Assembly: GCA_905201895.1 (NCBI GenBank)
Contig: CAJKPX010000006.1
Coordinates: forward strand, 2,656-66,655
Length of the DNA stretch: 64,000 nucleotides
DNA from: an uncultured Eubacteriales bacterium
GTDB taxonomy: Bacteria > Bacillota > Clostridia > Oscillospirales > CAG-272
Direction: 5' to 3'
Part shown: one piece after another, positions 26,978 through 36,583 of the stretch
Layout: each line of letters opens with the position of its first letter
Position numbering within the stretch: position 1 is the first letter of the stretch
The notes under the pieces: model-generated
The model's input: only the letters and a program-made list of their open reading frames with translations
Databases searched by the model: none
Told to the model about the DNA's origin: nothing
Program-made: the position numbers and the translations under genes

Positions 26978-27599
26978 TGTTCGTGTCTCCTTATCAGTTT
27001 TGTGTTCTGCCCTTCTCGCGGAAGGACATTTTTTTCGGGATGCCCGCGCGGGCATCGGGATTTTTTTGCGCAAGAATTCGGTTCGAAAAAACGGCATCCT
27101 CGCGACCGCATCAAGGGTGGCTTTCCTGCCTCGCGGTCCCGATCACGTCTCTTGACCTCTGCTTTCTCCAAAAGTCAAAGCGATCCTCCGCGCTTTTCCG
27201 CATCATTCGCACGCATTGTGACACCTGCGGTTCCCCTCCTTTTTTGTTAAAACCGCCAATTTGAATTTTCACGAGTATGGTCTCATCGTAATTATAACAC
27301 ACCCCCCACGCGATCAAAAACATATAATTCTGCCATCATCCATCGCTTTTCAACCACATTTTTGCCAACATCGACAAAATGGCAAAAATCTATTGACTTT
27401 TTGGCAAATTTCATGGTATTGTTATATAAGGAATTTTGATTTCGGCTTCTCTTTTTGAGAAAACTTGTAATATTCTTTGTATGTATTGTTGAATAATATC
27501 CTGCGATATAGCGCATGCTTTGTGGGATATTGTATTATTTTCCAAAAGCCCATCTCAAACGATTCATCGCACGGAACAACCAAAAGGAGGAACAAAAAA

Positions 27600-28445
27600 A
27601 TGGGAAAACTGATCCAATATTGCACCGAGCAATCCAAGAAGGACGGCGACTTTTTGCACGGCAGCTGGCCCGCGGCGGGAATGGGCTATCTCATTCAAAC
27701 CGAGAACCGCCATTTCATCGCCATCGACGGAGGTCAGGACAAAGCTGACGCCGAGGGCTTGATCGCAATGATGGAGGAGATCGCAGGCGAGCGTCCCGTG
27801 GTGGACCTTTGGATGGTCTCACATCCGCACGGCGACCACATCTGGGCGCTGCGTGAAATTGCAAACGATCCTACCCTGCTCTCACGAATTGAAATCAAGG
27901 CGCTCTGCTACAGCATTCCTCCGCTTGAACTGACCCCCTGGGATCAGGGCAGCCCCAAAACCATGCTGGAGATCACCGAAAAGCTCGGTGTTCCCGTCAT
28001 TACACCGCATGCAGACGACGAACTCGAATTTGACGGCACGAGGATTAAATTTTTCTTCACGTGGGAAAACTTTGAGGACGTGACAAAATACAGAACCTTC
28101 AACGCACTCTCGATGATCTTCAAGATCACGGGAAAATACAAGTCGGCAATGTTTATCGGTGACTCCACGGGCTCGGGTCCGCGCAGAGTGAACAAGATGT
28201 ATGAGGACCGTCTCGATGAGCTCAAGGCGGACGTCATTCAGATCGCGCACCACGGTCTGGACGGCGGTGATACCTGGTTCTACAAAAACGTGGATGCCTC
28301 GATCGCACTCGTTCCAACCTCGCTCGGCGGTGGAAAATACGAGCGCATGCCCGAGATCACCTGTTGTGCCGCAAATATGTATGCACAGGAGCGAGCGTTT
28401 ACCGTGATTCAGGCATTCAACGGTACCGCCTCGATTGAATTTTAA
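27600..28445 (+). CDS. cytoplasmic ComEC-type MBL-fold hydrolase (281 aa)
   Basis: AAAAGGAGGA SD then ATG at 27600. LWMVSHPHGDHIWAL and VIQIAHHGLDGG motifs. No signal peptide. Confidence 0.75.
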   Translation: MGKLIQYCTEQSKKDGDFLHGSWPAAGMGYLIQTENRHFIAIDGGQDKADAEGLIAMMEEIAGERPVVDLWMVSHPHGDHIWALREIANDPTLLSRIEIKALCYSIPPLELTPWDQGSPKTMLEITEKLGVPVITPHADDELEFDGTRIKFFFTWENFEDVTKYRTFNALSMIFKITGKYKSAMFIGDSTGSGPRRVNKMYEDRLDELKADVIQIAHHGLDGGDTWFYKNVDASIALVPTSLGGGKYERMPEITCCAANMYAQERAFTVIQAFNGTASIEF

Positions 28446-29386
28446 TGAGTAACGAAAAAAGCGAAGTTAAAAAACACAGCGATTCACCCCCATTCAAAGG
28501 AGTCAGGCGCGGCGAAAATCTTCCCCACGTCTATTCTCTCTGCGAGGATATCTATTTTTCGGATTCGAACCCTCAAAAGTTGGGGAATATCATATATCCC
28601 ATCATGGCGGGGCTTACCAAGCCCGATCCGCGTTATTTTTGCAGACGTCATTCCAAAGATCCCGCCATTCCCTACCTTTACGTTCTCGAATACGTGACCG
28701 CGGGCAAGGGCACGATCGAGATAAGCGGCAAGAAATACCATGTGCGTGAGGGTGACTTTTACATGTTTAACCGCTGCACCGTGCCCTACTACTATTCGGA
28801 TCCGCACGATCCGTTTGAGAAAAAATGGGTGAATATTACGGGCAGATTTATGAACTCGCTCTGCTATGCCTACGCGATCAATGAGCCCATTCTGATCGTT
28901 CACACGGATGCCGAGCAGTTTCTCGACCGCATCCACAAAATTCTCTCATCCTATGATTTTCAGGATCACGAGCATGCCGATTTTGAGCTGATGCAGGTGC
29001 TGCTCGAGCTGTTTGAAACAATTTGCCGTTCCAAAAAATCGACCTCGGAAAAGCCCGAACGAGCGATGTTTGAGCAAATTCTCGAATACATTGTGAGCAA
29101 CATCACCTTCGACCGTCTTTCCCCCTCAATGATCAGCTCCTATTTCTATATCAGCTATCGCACGCTCAACCGTATGTTTCTGAAAAATCTGGGGATCCCG
29201 CCAAGCAAATTCATCGCCATGCAAAAGATTGAATATGCAAAGCAGTTGCTTCTCACCACGGGCAATACCATTGAGCGAATCGCAGAAATCCTTAATTTCT
29301 CCAATCCCCAGCATTTTCGAACGGTTTTCATCTCATATTGCGGCATTTCCCCGTCAAAATGGAGAAAAGAAAACCAACAGAAATAA
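28445..29386 (+). CDS. AraC-family transcriptional regulator (cupin sensor plus HTH)
   Basis: C-terminal AraC HTH (AKQLLLTTGNTIERIAEILNFSNPQHFRTVFISYCGISPSKWRKE). The start overlaps the preceding stop (TAATG). Confidence 0.88.
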   Translation: MSNEKSEVKKHSDSPPFKGVRRGENLPHVYSLCEDIYFSDSNPQKLGNIIYPIMAGLTKPDPRYFCRRHSKDPAIPYLYVLEYVTAGKGTIEISGKKYHVREGDFYMFNRCTVPYYYSDPHDPFEKKWVNITGRFMNSLCYAYAINEPILIVHTDAEQFLDRIHKILSSYDFQDHEHADFELMQVLLELFETICRSKKSTSEKPERAMFEQILEYIVSNITFDRLSPSMISSYFYISYRTLNRMFLKNLGIPPSKFIAMQKIEYAKQLLLTTGNTIERIAEILNFSNPQHFRTVFISYCGISPSKWRKENQQK

Positions 29387-29395
29387 AATCAAAAA

Positions 29396-29430
29396 GGGAC
29401 GCACTCAAGATTGAGTGCGTCCCTTTCTTT
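29396..29430. terminator. bidirectional terminator between the convergent AraC and aminotransferase genes
   Basis: GGGACGCACTC (29396-29406) pairs with GAGTGCGTCCC (29413-29423), flanked by an A-run and a T-run. Confidence 0.75.
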
Positions 29431-29443
29431 GTTGGAATGCCGA

Positions 29444-30691
29444 TCATTTTTTCTTTCCGATCGCCTCGAATGCCTCGGCGGCGATCTCAACGGTCTCCTT
29501 GATATCCTCGTCAGTGAGAGAGGCGTTGATAAAATGGTTGTGGTGGTTGGTGAAGAACACGCCGCGCTTGACGCACTCTGCGATCCACCGCTGATGGAGC
29601 TTGAGCGAGGGGTCATCGGCAATGCGCAGATAGAACAGTGAGGGAGCACCCGTGACGTGCAGATCGTAGCCGTAATTCTGTGCGGCGTCAATCAGCCCGT
29701 TTTTGAGCTTGGTTCCCATTTCATTCAGCAAACGCGGGCAGTCGATGCGCTTCATCTTTTCAATGCAGGCAATGCCTGCGGCAAACGGAACGGCAGACAT
29801 CCAATAAGAACCCGTGTAGGACATGGACGAAATGGTGTTTTTGAGGAACTCCTTGCCGCAAAGAGAGCTGACGTTATAGCCGTTTGCAAGTGCCTTGCAG
29901 AAGCAGATCAGGTCTGCCTCAAAGCCGAAATAGTGATCCGAGCCGGCAAGGTCCAGGCGGAAGCCCGCACGCACGTCATCCACAACGAGCACGGTTCCCT
30001 CCTCGGTGCATTTCTTTCGCACCTTCTGCCAAAATCCCTCGGCAGGCATCTGATTATCCATGAAATTTCCGTGCATGTAGGGCTGTCCGATCACCGCCGC
30101 GATCTCACCGCGATAGGTGTCGAACACCGCCTCAAGCTGCTCGTAATTGTTCCACTCGACGTAGACGTTGTGCATCACGTCCTCCTCGATCACGCCTGCG
30201 TAGTCGATCTTTTGCGTCCAGGGAGAAACTCCGTGATAATAGCCCTTGAAAAACACGATCTTTTTACGGTGAGTGTAGGCGCGCGCCGCCATGACCGCCA
30301 GGGTGGTGACGTCATTTCCGTTCTTGGCAAAGAACGCCCAATCAGCACAGGCAACCGTGTCGACGAGAAGCTCGGCAAAGTCGACCATCACAGTGTTGGG
30401 CAGCGTGGTGCAGTCTGAAATCGCGCGCTGCTTTGCCGCTGCCGCGTCAACGTCGGGATCGTGATAGCCGAGAATATTCGGTCCGTACGCGCACATGTAG
30501 TCGATAAAGCGGTTGCCGTCGGCATCCCACATATAGGAGCCCTTGGCACGCGAGGAGTAAAGCGGAAACGCCTCAACCGGAACGTAGCAGCCCTCGGCAG
30601 GTCCCTGATGCCCATAAATTCCGGACGGAATGACCTTAACGGCGCGGGCAAACGCCTCGCGGCTCTTTGTGTAATCGTTGATCTTATGCAC
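29444..30691 (-). CDS. class-III (PLP) aminotransferase, glutamate-1-semialdehyde-aminomutase-like
   Basis: 415 aa. VVDDVRAGFRL and the candidate PLP-lysine context ADLICFCKALANGYNVS. Confidence 0.8.
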   Translation of the reverse strand: MHKINDYTKSREAFARAVKVIPSGIYGHQGPAEGCYVPVEAFPLYSSRAKGSYMWDADGNRFIDYMCAYGPNILGYHDPDVDAAAAKQRAISDCTTLPNTVMVDFAELLVDTVACADWAFFAKNGNDVTTLAVMAARAYTHRKKIVFFKGYYHGVSPWTQKIDYAGVIEEDVMHNVYVEWNNYEQLEAVFDTYRGEIAAVIGQPYMHGNFMDNQMPAEGFWQKVRKKCTEEGTVLVVDDVRAGFRLDLAGSDHYFGFEADLICFCKALANGYNVSSLCGKEFLKNTISSMSYTGSYWMSAVPFAAGIACIEKMKRIDCPRLLNEMGTKLKNGLIDAAQNYGYDLHVTGAPSLFYLRIADDPSLKLHQRWIAECVKRGVFFTNHHNHFINASLTDEDIKETVEIAAEAFEAIGKKK

Positions 30692-30705
30692 AGCAGTTTC
30701 CTCCT

Positions 30706-31464
30706 TTAAGCCAGATAAAGCGACACGCGGTCGAGAATGCGGTTGACGTTATCAATCTGCGAGATCATGCCCGAGATTTTGACCTTGCCCTCTCCAACCG
30801 CTGCAACGGCGTTGATTTTGCCGTCAAAGAGATCGCGCGCCGTGACGAGATCGTCAAAGCGCATCTCCGAAAAGCTCTCGCCGGGGTCCTTGTGGATCGC
30901 GGTGAGGTGATGCCCCTCAGCGCGCACGCCGACCGCAAGCTCGGAGCCGATCGCAAGGCGGATCACGCCGTCCACGATGTTCGATGCCGAGAACTTACCA
31001 ACCGCATCCCAGTTGCCGACCTCCGCAACCGCTCCCGCGATCACATGGAGCATCAGAATCGTGGAGCGCTCAAAAAAGACGGGGTCCTTGAGGCGATCGG
31101 GCTCGGGGCGCAGATACGATGAGAGGATATCGGTGAGCTTTGTGAAGCCGCCGAGCAGAAATCCGATATGCCAGAAGCCGCTTGTTGGAATCGGCATGCC
31201 CTCCCCGTCGATCAGATCGTTGAATTTTTCGCAGGACGGGAACCAGAGCTTAATGCTGCATGCATCAATCCCCTCCCTCATTGCCGCGCGTCCGTTTTTG
31301 ATGCTCAAGGTCGCACGCGGTCCGTCCTTGACCGCAAAGCCAATCGAAATTTTCATATCCTTGACCAACGCTGCGGCGTCGGGATCCAGCTCGAGCAGCT
31401 TCGGGATCGCTCCCAGAACGCCAAACAGGTTGCACTGTGCCAATACCCTTACGTCTTTTTCCAT
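30706..31464 (-). CDS. hypothetical protein with SCP2-like (sterol-carrier) C-terminal region, possibly a tandem of two such domains
   Basis: The C-terminus MRFDDLVTARDLFDGKINAVAAVGEGKVKISGMISQIDNVNRIL resembles the SCP2 fold signature. The start is chosen at the ATG after an AAAGGGGA SD (track start 31482). Confidence 0.45.
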   Translation of the reverse strand: MEKDVRVLAQCNLFGVLGAIPKLLELDPDAAALVKDMKISIGFAVKDGPRATLSIKNGRAAMREGIDACSIKLWFPSCEKFNDLIDGEGMPIPTSGFWHIGFLLGGFTKLTDILSSYLRPEPDRLKDPVFFERSTILMLHVIAGAVAEVGNWDAVGKFSASNIVDGVIRLAIGSELAVGVRAEGHHLTAIHKDPGESFSEMRFDDLVTARDLFDGKINAVAAVGEGKVKISGMISQIDNVNRILDRVSLYLA

Positions 31465-31569
31465 ATCGGTTCCCCTTTTCATTTATGATAGATTGTTTTC
31501 ATTATAACAGAACTGCCCCAAAATTGCAAGATATTTTTTTCAAAAAGAGCGATAACAAGGTCTTTCCTC

Positions 31570-31598
31570 TTGACTTTTACAGTTTTTCGGAGTAAAAT
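31570..31598 (+). promoter_or_regulatory. sigma-A-type promoter for 31637-32536
   Basis: TTGACT (31570-31575), 17-nt spacer, TAAAAT (31593-31598). Confidence 0.55.
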
Positions 31599-31636
31599 GA
31601 TGCTAACTCTTATCAAAAAGAAAAAAGGAGCTTGAC

Positions 31637-32536
31637 ATGGTCCTGCAAAATGCTCTATGGTTGGATTTTCCCGCAGACGCGGCAAAATTTCTCGACAAAA
31701 CAGCCCACAACCTATGGTCCGATCCAACGCTTGCTCAATTGCTTGTAAAAGCGGAGGATGCGCTCTTTGACGTCAACGTATGCAAAACCGAGCTTCTCAA
31801 TATCCTGGCGTCGGTTGCAGAAAAGACCGACGTTGATCCGCGCACCGTGGATCTGACCATGCTCCTCCGCGCCGTTGACCGCCTGCGTGCGCAATACCGC
31901 GAAAAAGGGCTCCCCGACGAGGTCTGCCGCGAGACGCTGCGCGACCTCAAATATAAGCACGCCGAATGCCACGAGGTCTACGGCGTTGACGGAACCTTTG
32001 TGACCGAGTGGTTTCCCCTGCATTTCCGTTGTCAGCTTTTCGCACTCGGGCGACTGCAATACGAGCGACACGCCTTTGAATACGATACCTACGGCAGCCG
32101 CCTTGTGCGAGGTGACACGGTATACAAATGCCACATTCCCTCCTGCGGACCGCTCACCGAGGAGAGCGTGCTTGCCTCCTTCAGAACCGCCTATGCATTT
32201 TTCGCAGACGAGCTGCGGGACGGTATCATGCCGATCTTTTGCAGCTCCTGGATGCTCTATCCGCCGCATGACGCCGAGGTTTTTCCCGCAGGCTCCAATC
32301 TGCACCGCTTTTACACGCTTTTTGACGTCATCGAGGCAATTCCGCTGCCCGAAAATGAGGACTTCTGGCGCATTTTCCACACGCCGTTTGAGCGGAGCAC
32401 CCTGCCGAATGCCCCCGAGGACACCTCGCTTCAGCGTGCCTTCAAGCGCTTTCTGCAAAGCGGCAACGATATGGGTAAAGGCAAGGGCATTCTGCTCTTT
32501 GACGGTGAGCATATCCTGCCAAAAGAAAATTCTTGA
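31637..32536 (+). CDS. putative acyltransferase-domain protein (recalled as N-acyltransferase N-terminal domain plus GNAT-like C-terminal domain; unverified)
   Basis: 299-aa ORF with good coding character. The family assignment is from memory of similar Clostridial proteins only. Confidence 0.45.
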   Translation: MVLQNALWLDFPADAAKFLDKTAHNLWSDPTLAQLLVKAEDALFDVNVCKTELLNILASVAEKTDVDPRTVDLTMLLRAVDRLRAQYREKGLPDEVCRETLRDLKYKHAECHEVYGVDGTFVTEWFPLHFRCQLFALGRLQYERHAFEYDTYGSRLVRGDTVYKCHIPSCGPLTEESVLASFRTAYAFFADELRDGIMPIFCSSWMLYPPHDAEVFPAGSNLHRFYTLFDVIEAIPLPENEDFWRIFHTPFERSTLPNAPEDTSLQRAFKRFLQSGNDMGKGKGILLFDGEHILPKENS

Positions 32537-32561
32537 CAAATCTGCAAAAAAGCGGTATAAT
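32533..32561 (+). promoter_or_regulatory. sigma-A-type promoter for the cytidylate-kinase-like gene
   Basis: TTGACA (32533-32538), 17-nt spacer, TATAAT (32556-32561). Confidence 0.65.
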
Positions 32562-32606
32562 GAAAGCAGAAGATCGCACATTTGAACGCAAAGGAGGAAA
32601 TTCCCC

Positions 32607-33221
32607 TTGAATAAGATTATTACCATCGGTCGTGAATTCGGAAGCGGCGGTCGCGAGATCGGCAAGCGTTTGGCAGACCACCTCGGCATTGCTTACTACG
32701 ACAGAGAGATCGTGACCGAGATTGCAAAGCGCACCCAGCTCGCCGAAAGCTACGTGCATCAGATCGTGGAGCAGAAATCCGAGATCTTCTTCCCCATCAC
32801 CATCGGACGCACGCTCCACACCGCAGGCTCGGACTATATGCTCCGCCACTATACCTCGGTTTATGCCGAGCAGGCAAACATCCTGCGCGAGATGGCAGAG
32901 CAGTCGGATTGCGTGATCGTGGGACGCTGCGGTGACTACATCCTCAAGGACCTCAAGCCCTTCCGTCTTTTCATCTACGCCGATATGCCTTCCAAAATGG
33001 CGCGTTGCCGCGCAAAGGCAGACGAGCACGAGCATTTGAGTGACCGTGAGCTCGAGCGCATGATCCGCCAGATCGACAAGAACCGCGCGAAATACTATCG
33101 CTACTACACGGGACACAGATGGGGCGCACATGCTAACTACGACATGTGCATCAACACCACCTCCCTGCCCGTTCCCGAGCTTGCCGAAGCTCTGGCACAC
33201 CTGTTTGAAAACCGCGATTGA
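32607..33221 (+). CDS. cytidylate-kinase-like family protein
   Basis: TTG start. MNKIITIGREFGSGGREIGKRLADHLGIAYYDREI is the hallmark N-terminus of this family. Confidence 0.8.
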   Translation: MNKIITIGREFGSGGREIGKRLADHLGIAYYDREIVTEIAKRTQLAESYVHQIVEQKSEIFFPITIGRTLHTAGSDYMLRHYTSVYAEQANILREMAEQSDCVIVGRCGDYILKDLKPFRLFIYADMPSKMARCRAKADEHEHLSDRELERMIRQIDKNRAKYYRYYTGHRWGAHANYDMCINTTSLPVPELAEALAHLFENRD

Positions 33222-33284
33222 TCCAACAAGAGAAGTGGGGTGTCGCAAATGCTCATGCATTTGGTCGACACCCCACTTTTCTTT

Positions 33285-35780
33285 TTATTCCTCCTCTGCA
33301 CTGCAAATGCGAATGGCAAGTGCCGAGCAATCGTCATGCCCTTCGTTTTTCGCGGCATGGAGGCAGATGTGGTAGACCAGCTCCTCGGGTGTGAGCGTGC
33401 CCGCATCGGCAAGAAAACCGCTGATCCACTCACATTCAGGGTCATCCTGCAAAATGCCGTCGCTGATCATGACCACGGTGTCGCCAACGCGCAGATCAAA
33501 TGGCGTGGATTGCACGTCAAGCGCGCAGATGATCCCGATCGGCGCCGTTCCCGCCTGCAGACGATGCACCACGCGGTCACGGATCACAAAGCTCGGGGCG
33601 GCACCGCTCTTGGTGAAGGACGCCCGTGCCGTCATCAGATCAAGCTCAAGCAGATCGACCGTGGAGGAGCACTCGCGCGTGCTATCGGCGCCTCGTGAGC
33701 GGATCATGTTATTGAGCATCCGTAGAGAGGTGCCCGCGCGATTTCCAGCTCGAAGCATTTTTTCCAAAAAAACCGAGCAGAGCCCCGAGGTGAGCGCCGC
33801 CTCACGCCCCGCCCCCATGCCGTCGCAGATCAAGGCATAGAAAAAGTCCTTCTTATTGGAAAAGAGGTTGATGCTATCACCGCTGACACCGCCATCGGCA
33901 GAAAGATTGCTCTCGGCACTGATCACCGAGATTTTCTTTCGTGCACGGAAGGTCATCAAACTCACGTTGTCCTCGATCTCAAAGATCGGGCAGGAAAGCT
34001 CCATGCCGCACATCTCGCCAAGATCTGCACGCATGGTTTCCACGCTCACGGTCGCATGCTCCACGTCAACGCCGCGTACCAAAATCTGCCGACGGCGCAT
34101 GCCATAGACCGTGACACTCTGCGTGCGTACGCCTGCATCCGAAAGATACTCCGCAATCCGCTGCTCAAGCGCGTGATCGAAACGGTATTCGCCGTCATCC
34201 TCCTCGAGCGCATCGTTGATGATGCTTGCCGCAGATTCGTAGTCCATTGCAAAAATTTCGGTGCGGTTGTTGCGCAGCATCTCACCCGTGAGTTTGGCGC
34301 ATTCGCTGTTGATGCTATCTAAAATCGCATCGACCGACTCACATCGGTGGGCAAGCGGCGACGAAATCTGTGCACGCGTGACGCGCCCCTTGGTGTGCAG
34401 TGCCGACACGAGCGTGCTCACCGTGTGCAGGGTTCCCGAATATTCCAGCCCCCAACAAATGCTCTTGTTGGGACAGTCGGGACAGAAGCGGTCGAAGGAT
34501 CCGTCGCAGATCTGCCGCAGATCGAGCGTACCGGGGCGACGGAAGCGGTCGCTGAGATTGTAAAAAACCTCGGAAAGTGAGGAAAAGGCATCAGAAATGC
34601 CGCGGAAACGCTCGCTGGAATCCCGATAGCGCGTGCCTTCCATTTTTTGTCGGTCAACCGCCCCTTCCTCTGCCTCGCTTGCCTGTCCGTTATCGGAAAA
34701 CAAGAGACTGTAAAGACGAAATGCCATCCCAGCCGCAAGAACCGACGGCAATAGCAGAAGGAGCGAGGTTGGTCCCTTTGCGTAGCTTGTCCATGCCACT
34801 GCCGCAAAAGCGGCAAGCAGAATGCCGAGATTTTCACGCTTGAGTGCGCAAAGGAGCGAAAAGATCAGCGACGCGGCAACGAGGGCAGGCGCGTGCATCG
34901 GATCGTAGGAAAGTCCGGCGATCAGCGCTGCCGCAATGCCGATCGCGTATCCTCCGCGACGCGTTGCAAGAAGTGTGAAAAAGAAAGCGAGCATCACCGA
35001 GAGCGGAAGCCCAGAAACGAGCACGCCGTCCGCCGCCCAAACGATGGCAAAGAGCAGGCTTGCACGCGAGATGGCATGCAGAACACGGTATTCGGTGCGA
35101 TCAGAGAGAGAGACCGACCAAACGAGCACTGCGATCGGCGTGATGAGCAGCACAAACACAGCCGCAAAAAGATCGTAATAGCGAAAACCGCCGCCGATCA
35201 CGCGTATCAGCGCAAGAATAAAAGCAGCCACCGTTGCCGTTACCATTGCAAGTCGCATGCGCTCGGAAAAGAAGCGACGCACGCGCCCCCTTGCAGCTCC
35301 CGCTCCATCCGTCTGCAGGCGCGCCTTCAGCTGCAACAGCCGTGCCGCGTCCTCATCCGACGTCTCCTCTGTTGTCTCCTCTCTGCCGCGTCGAAGCCTT
35401 GCACGCAATCGGTCGCTCAAATCGCAGACCTCGGGCAGGTCAAACAGCATGGCGCTTGCAATGCGAACGAGCGTGGTTGCGAGCACAACGGCGATGTAGA
35501 CGGCAGGCGTGCTTGATTGCCAGAACGCCGACAGCGACAGCCCGATCAGAATCGGAAGTGTGTGTTGGGTGGAGGCACAAAGCAAGCAAAGCCCGAGCGG
35601 ATAAGTGGCAAAGAGCATGGGAGCCTGTCCCAAAAGCCACGCCCCGCAGCCCCAGAGAAGCTCAACGGTGAGTCGGCGTAGCCTTTGCCGCCACCCAAGC
35701 CCCTCGACGGAGCGAGCGCGTGCATCCCGCACCTCGGGTCTTTGTTCACTTCGATTCATTTCCTTGACCTTTTCCTGCAT
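33285..35780 (-). CDS. spoIIE: stage II sporulation protein E (polytopic membrane PP2C phosphatase)
   Basis: ~10 TM helices in the N-terminal third. C-terminal PP2C domain (ALICDGMGAGREAALTSG ... MISDGILQDD). The start is taken at MQEKVKEMNR (35780); the 946-aa track ORF is an upstream extension. Confidence 0.88.
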   Translation of the reverse strand: MQEKVKEMNRSEQRPEVRDARARSVEGLGWRQRLRRLTVELLWGCGAWLLGQAPMLFATYPLGLCLLCASTQHTLPILIGLSLSAFWQSSTPAVYIAVVLATTLVRIASAMLFDLPEVCDLSDRLRARLRRGREETTEETSDEDAARLLQLKARLQTDGAGAARGRVRRFFSERMRLAMVTATVAAFILALIRVIGGGFRYYDLFAAVFVLLITPIAVLVWSVSLSDRTEYRVLHAISRASLLFAIVWAADGVLVSGLPLSVMLAFFFTLLATRRGGYAIGIAAALIAGLSYDPMHAPALVAASLIFSLLCALKRENLGILLAAFAAVAWTSYAKGPTSLLLLLPSVLAAGMAFRLYSLLFSDNGQASEAEEGAVDRQKMEGTRYRDSSERFRGISDAFSSLSEVFYNLSDRFRRPGTLDLRQICDGSFDRFCPDCPNKSICWGLEYSGTLHTVSTLVSALHTKGRVTRAQISSPLAHRCESVDAILDSINSECAKLTGEMLRNNRTEIFAMDYESAASIINDALEEDDGEYRFDHALEQRIAEYLSDAGVRTQSVTVYGMRRRQILVRGVDVEHATVSVETMRADLGEMCGMELSCPIFEIEDNVSLMTFRARKKISVISAESNLSADGGVSGDSINLFSNKKDFFYALICDGMGAGREAALTSGLCSVFLEKMLRAGNRAGTSLRMLNNMIRSRGADSTRECSSTVDLLELDLMTARASFTKSGAAPSFVIRDRVVHRLQAGTAPIGIICALDVQSTPFDLRVGDTVVMISDGILQDDPECEWISGFLADAGTLTPEELVYHICLHAAKNEGHDDCSALAIRICSAEEE

Positions 35781-36102
35781 ATTTTTCCCTTCCTTTCGCA
35801 GGTTGAATCTGCATTTTTCTTCTTTCCCCACTATTTTACTCTTTTTGTTGTGCAGAATCGGTCGAAATGGGACCCGAAAAAAATGTTTTATTTCACGGAA
35901 GAAACGCAAAAAAGGCAAAACGAAGGCACAAAAGGCGGAAGATAGACGAGTGTGGAGGCGTATTTTGCGGTTGCGTATCGCCTGCCGTCGGAATTTGTCG
36001 CGCGATTTTTCGATGCTCGGGGAGGTTTTTTTCAGGAACGCCTTTCTTTTTCGCCCGTGATATGTTATAATAGATAGCGAAAACAAACAAAGGAGGAACG
36101 AA

Positions 36103-36579
36103 ATGGGCTTGACGGTTTGCTTCACGGGTCACCGCGAAATTCCCGAAACCGAATATCAAGGTTTGACCGAACGCTTGACCGAAACGCTGGAAGGGCTGAT
36201 TGCCGAGGGCGCAACCGAATTTCGCGCCGGAGGCGCTCGCGGCTTTGACACACTTGCGGCACTCACCGTTCTGCTCCTGCGCCGTCGGCACCCCGAGATC
36301 CGCCTGCACCTGATCCTTCCCGCCCCCTCTCAAACACGTGGATGGCCGCAGGATGAGGTAACGCTCTACGAGCAGATTCTCGCACAGGCAGACTCGCACC
36401 GCTTCGTCAGCACTGCCTACTACAACGGTGTGCTTCAGCTGCGCAACCGTGCACTTGTGGAAGGATCGGATATTTGCGTGGCATATCTTTGCAATTCTCA
36501 CGGAGGCGGCACCGCCTACACCGCCGCGCTTGCTCTGAAAAAAGGGCTACGCCTGATCAATATGAGTGAGCTCTTATAA
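36103..36579 (+). CDS. SLOG-family protein (DUF1273/YspA-like)
   Basis: MGLTVCFTGHREIP...ATEFRAGGARGFDTLAA...GGGTAYT pattern. Confidence 0.7.
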   Translation: MGLTVCFTGHREIPETEYQGLTERLTETLEGLIAEGATEFRAGGARGFDTLAALTVLLLRRRHPEIRLHLILPAPSQTRGWPQDEVTLYEQILAQADSHRFVSTAYYNGVLQLRNRALVEGSDICVAYLCNSHGGGTAYTAALALKKGLRLINMSELL

Positions 36580-36583
36580 AAGA

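Noticed and set aside
33285-36125. 946-aa version of the spoIIE ORF, and similar 5'-extended track ORFs (20871-22526, 24236-27097, 37490-38431, 42209-43174, 43161-44417, 6834-7184, 7320-9518)
   Set aside because: The extensions are basic or low-complexity read-throughs of upstream intergenic DNA. Internal ATGs with SD sequences give N-termini that match the expected family starts or signal peptides.
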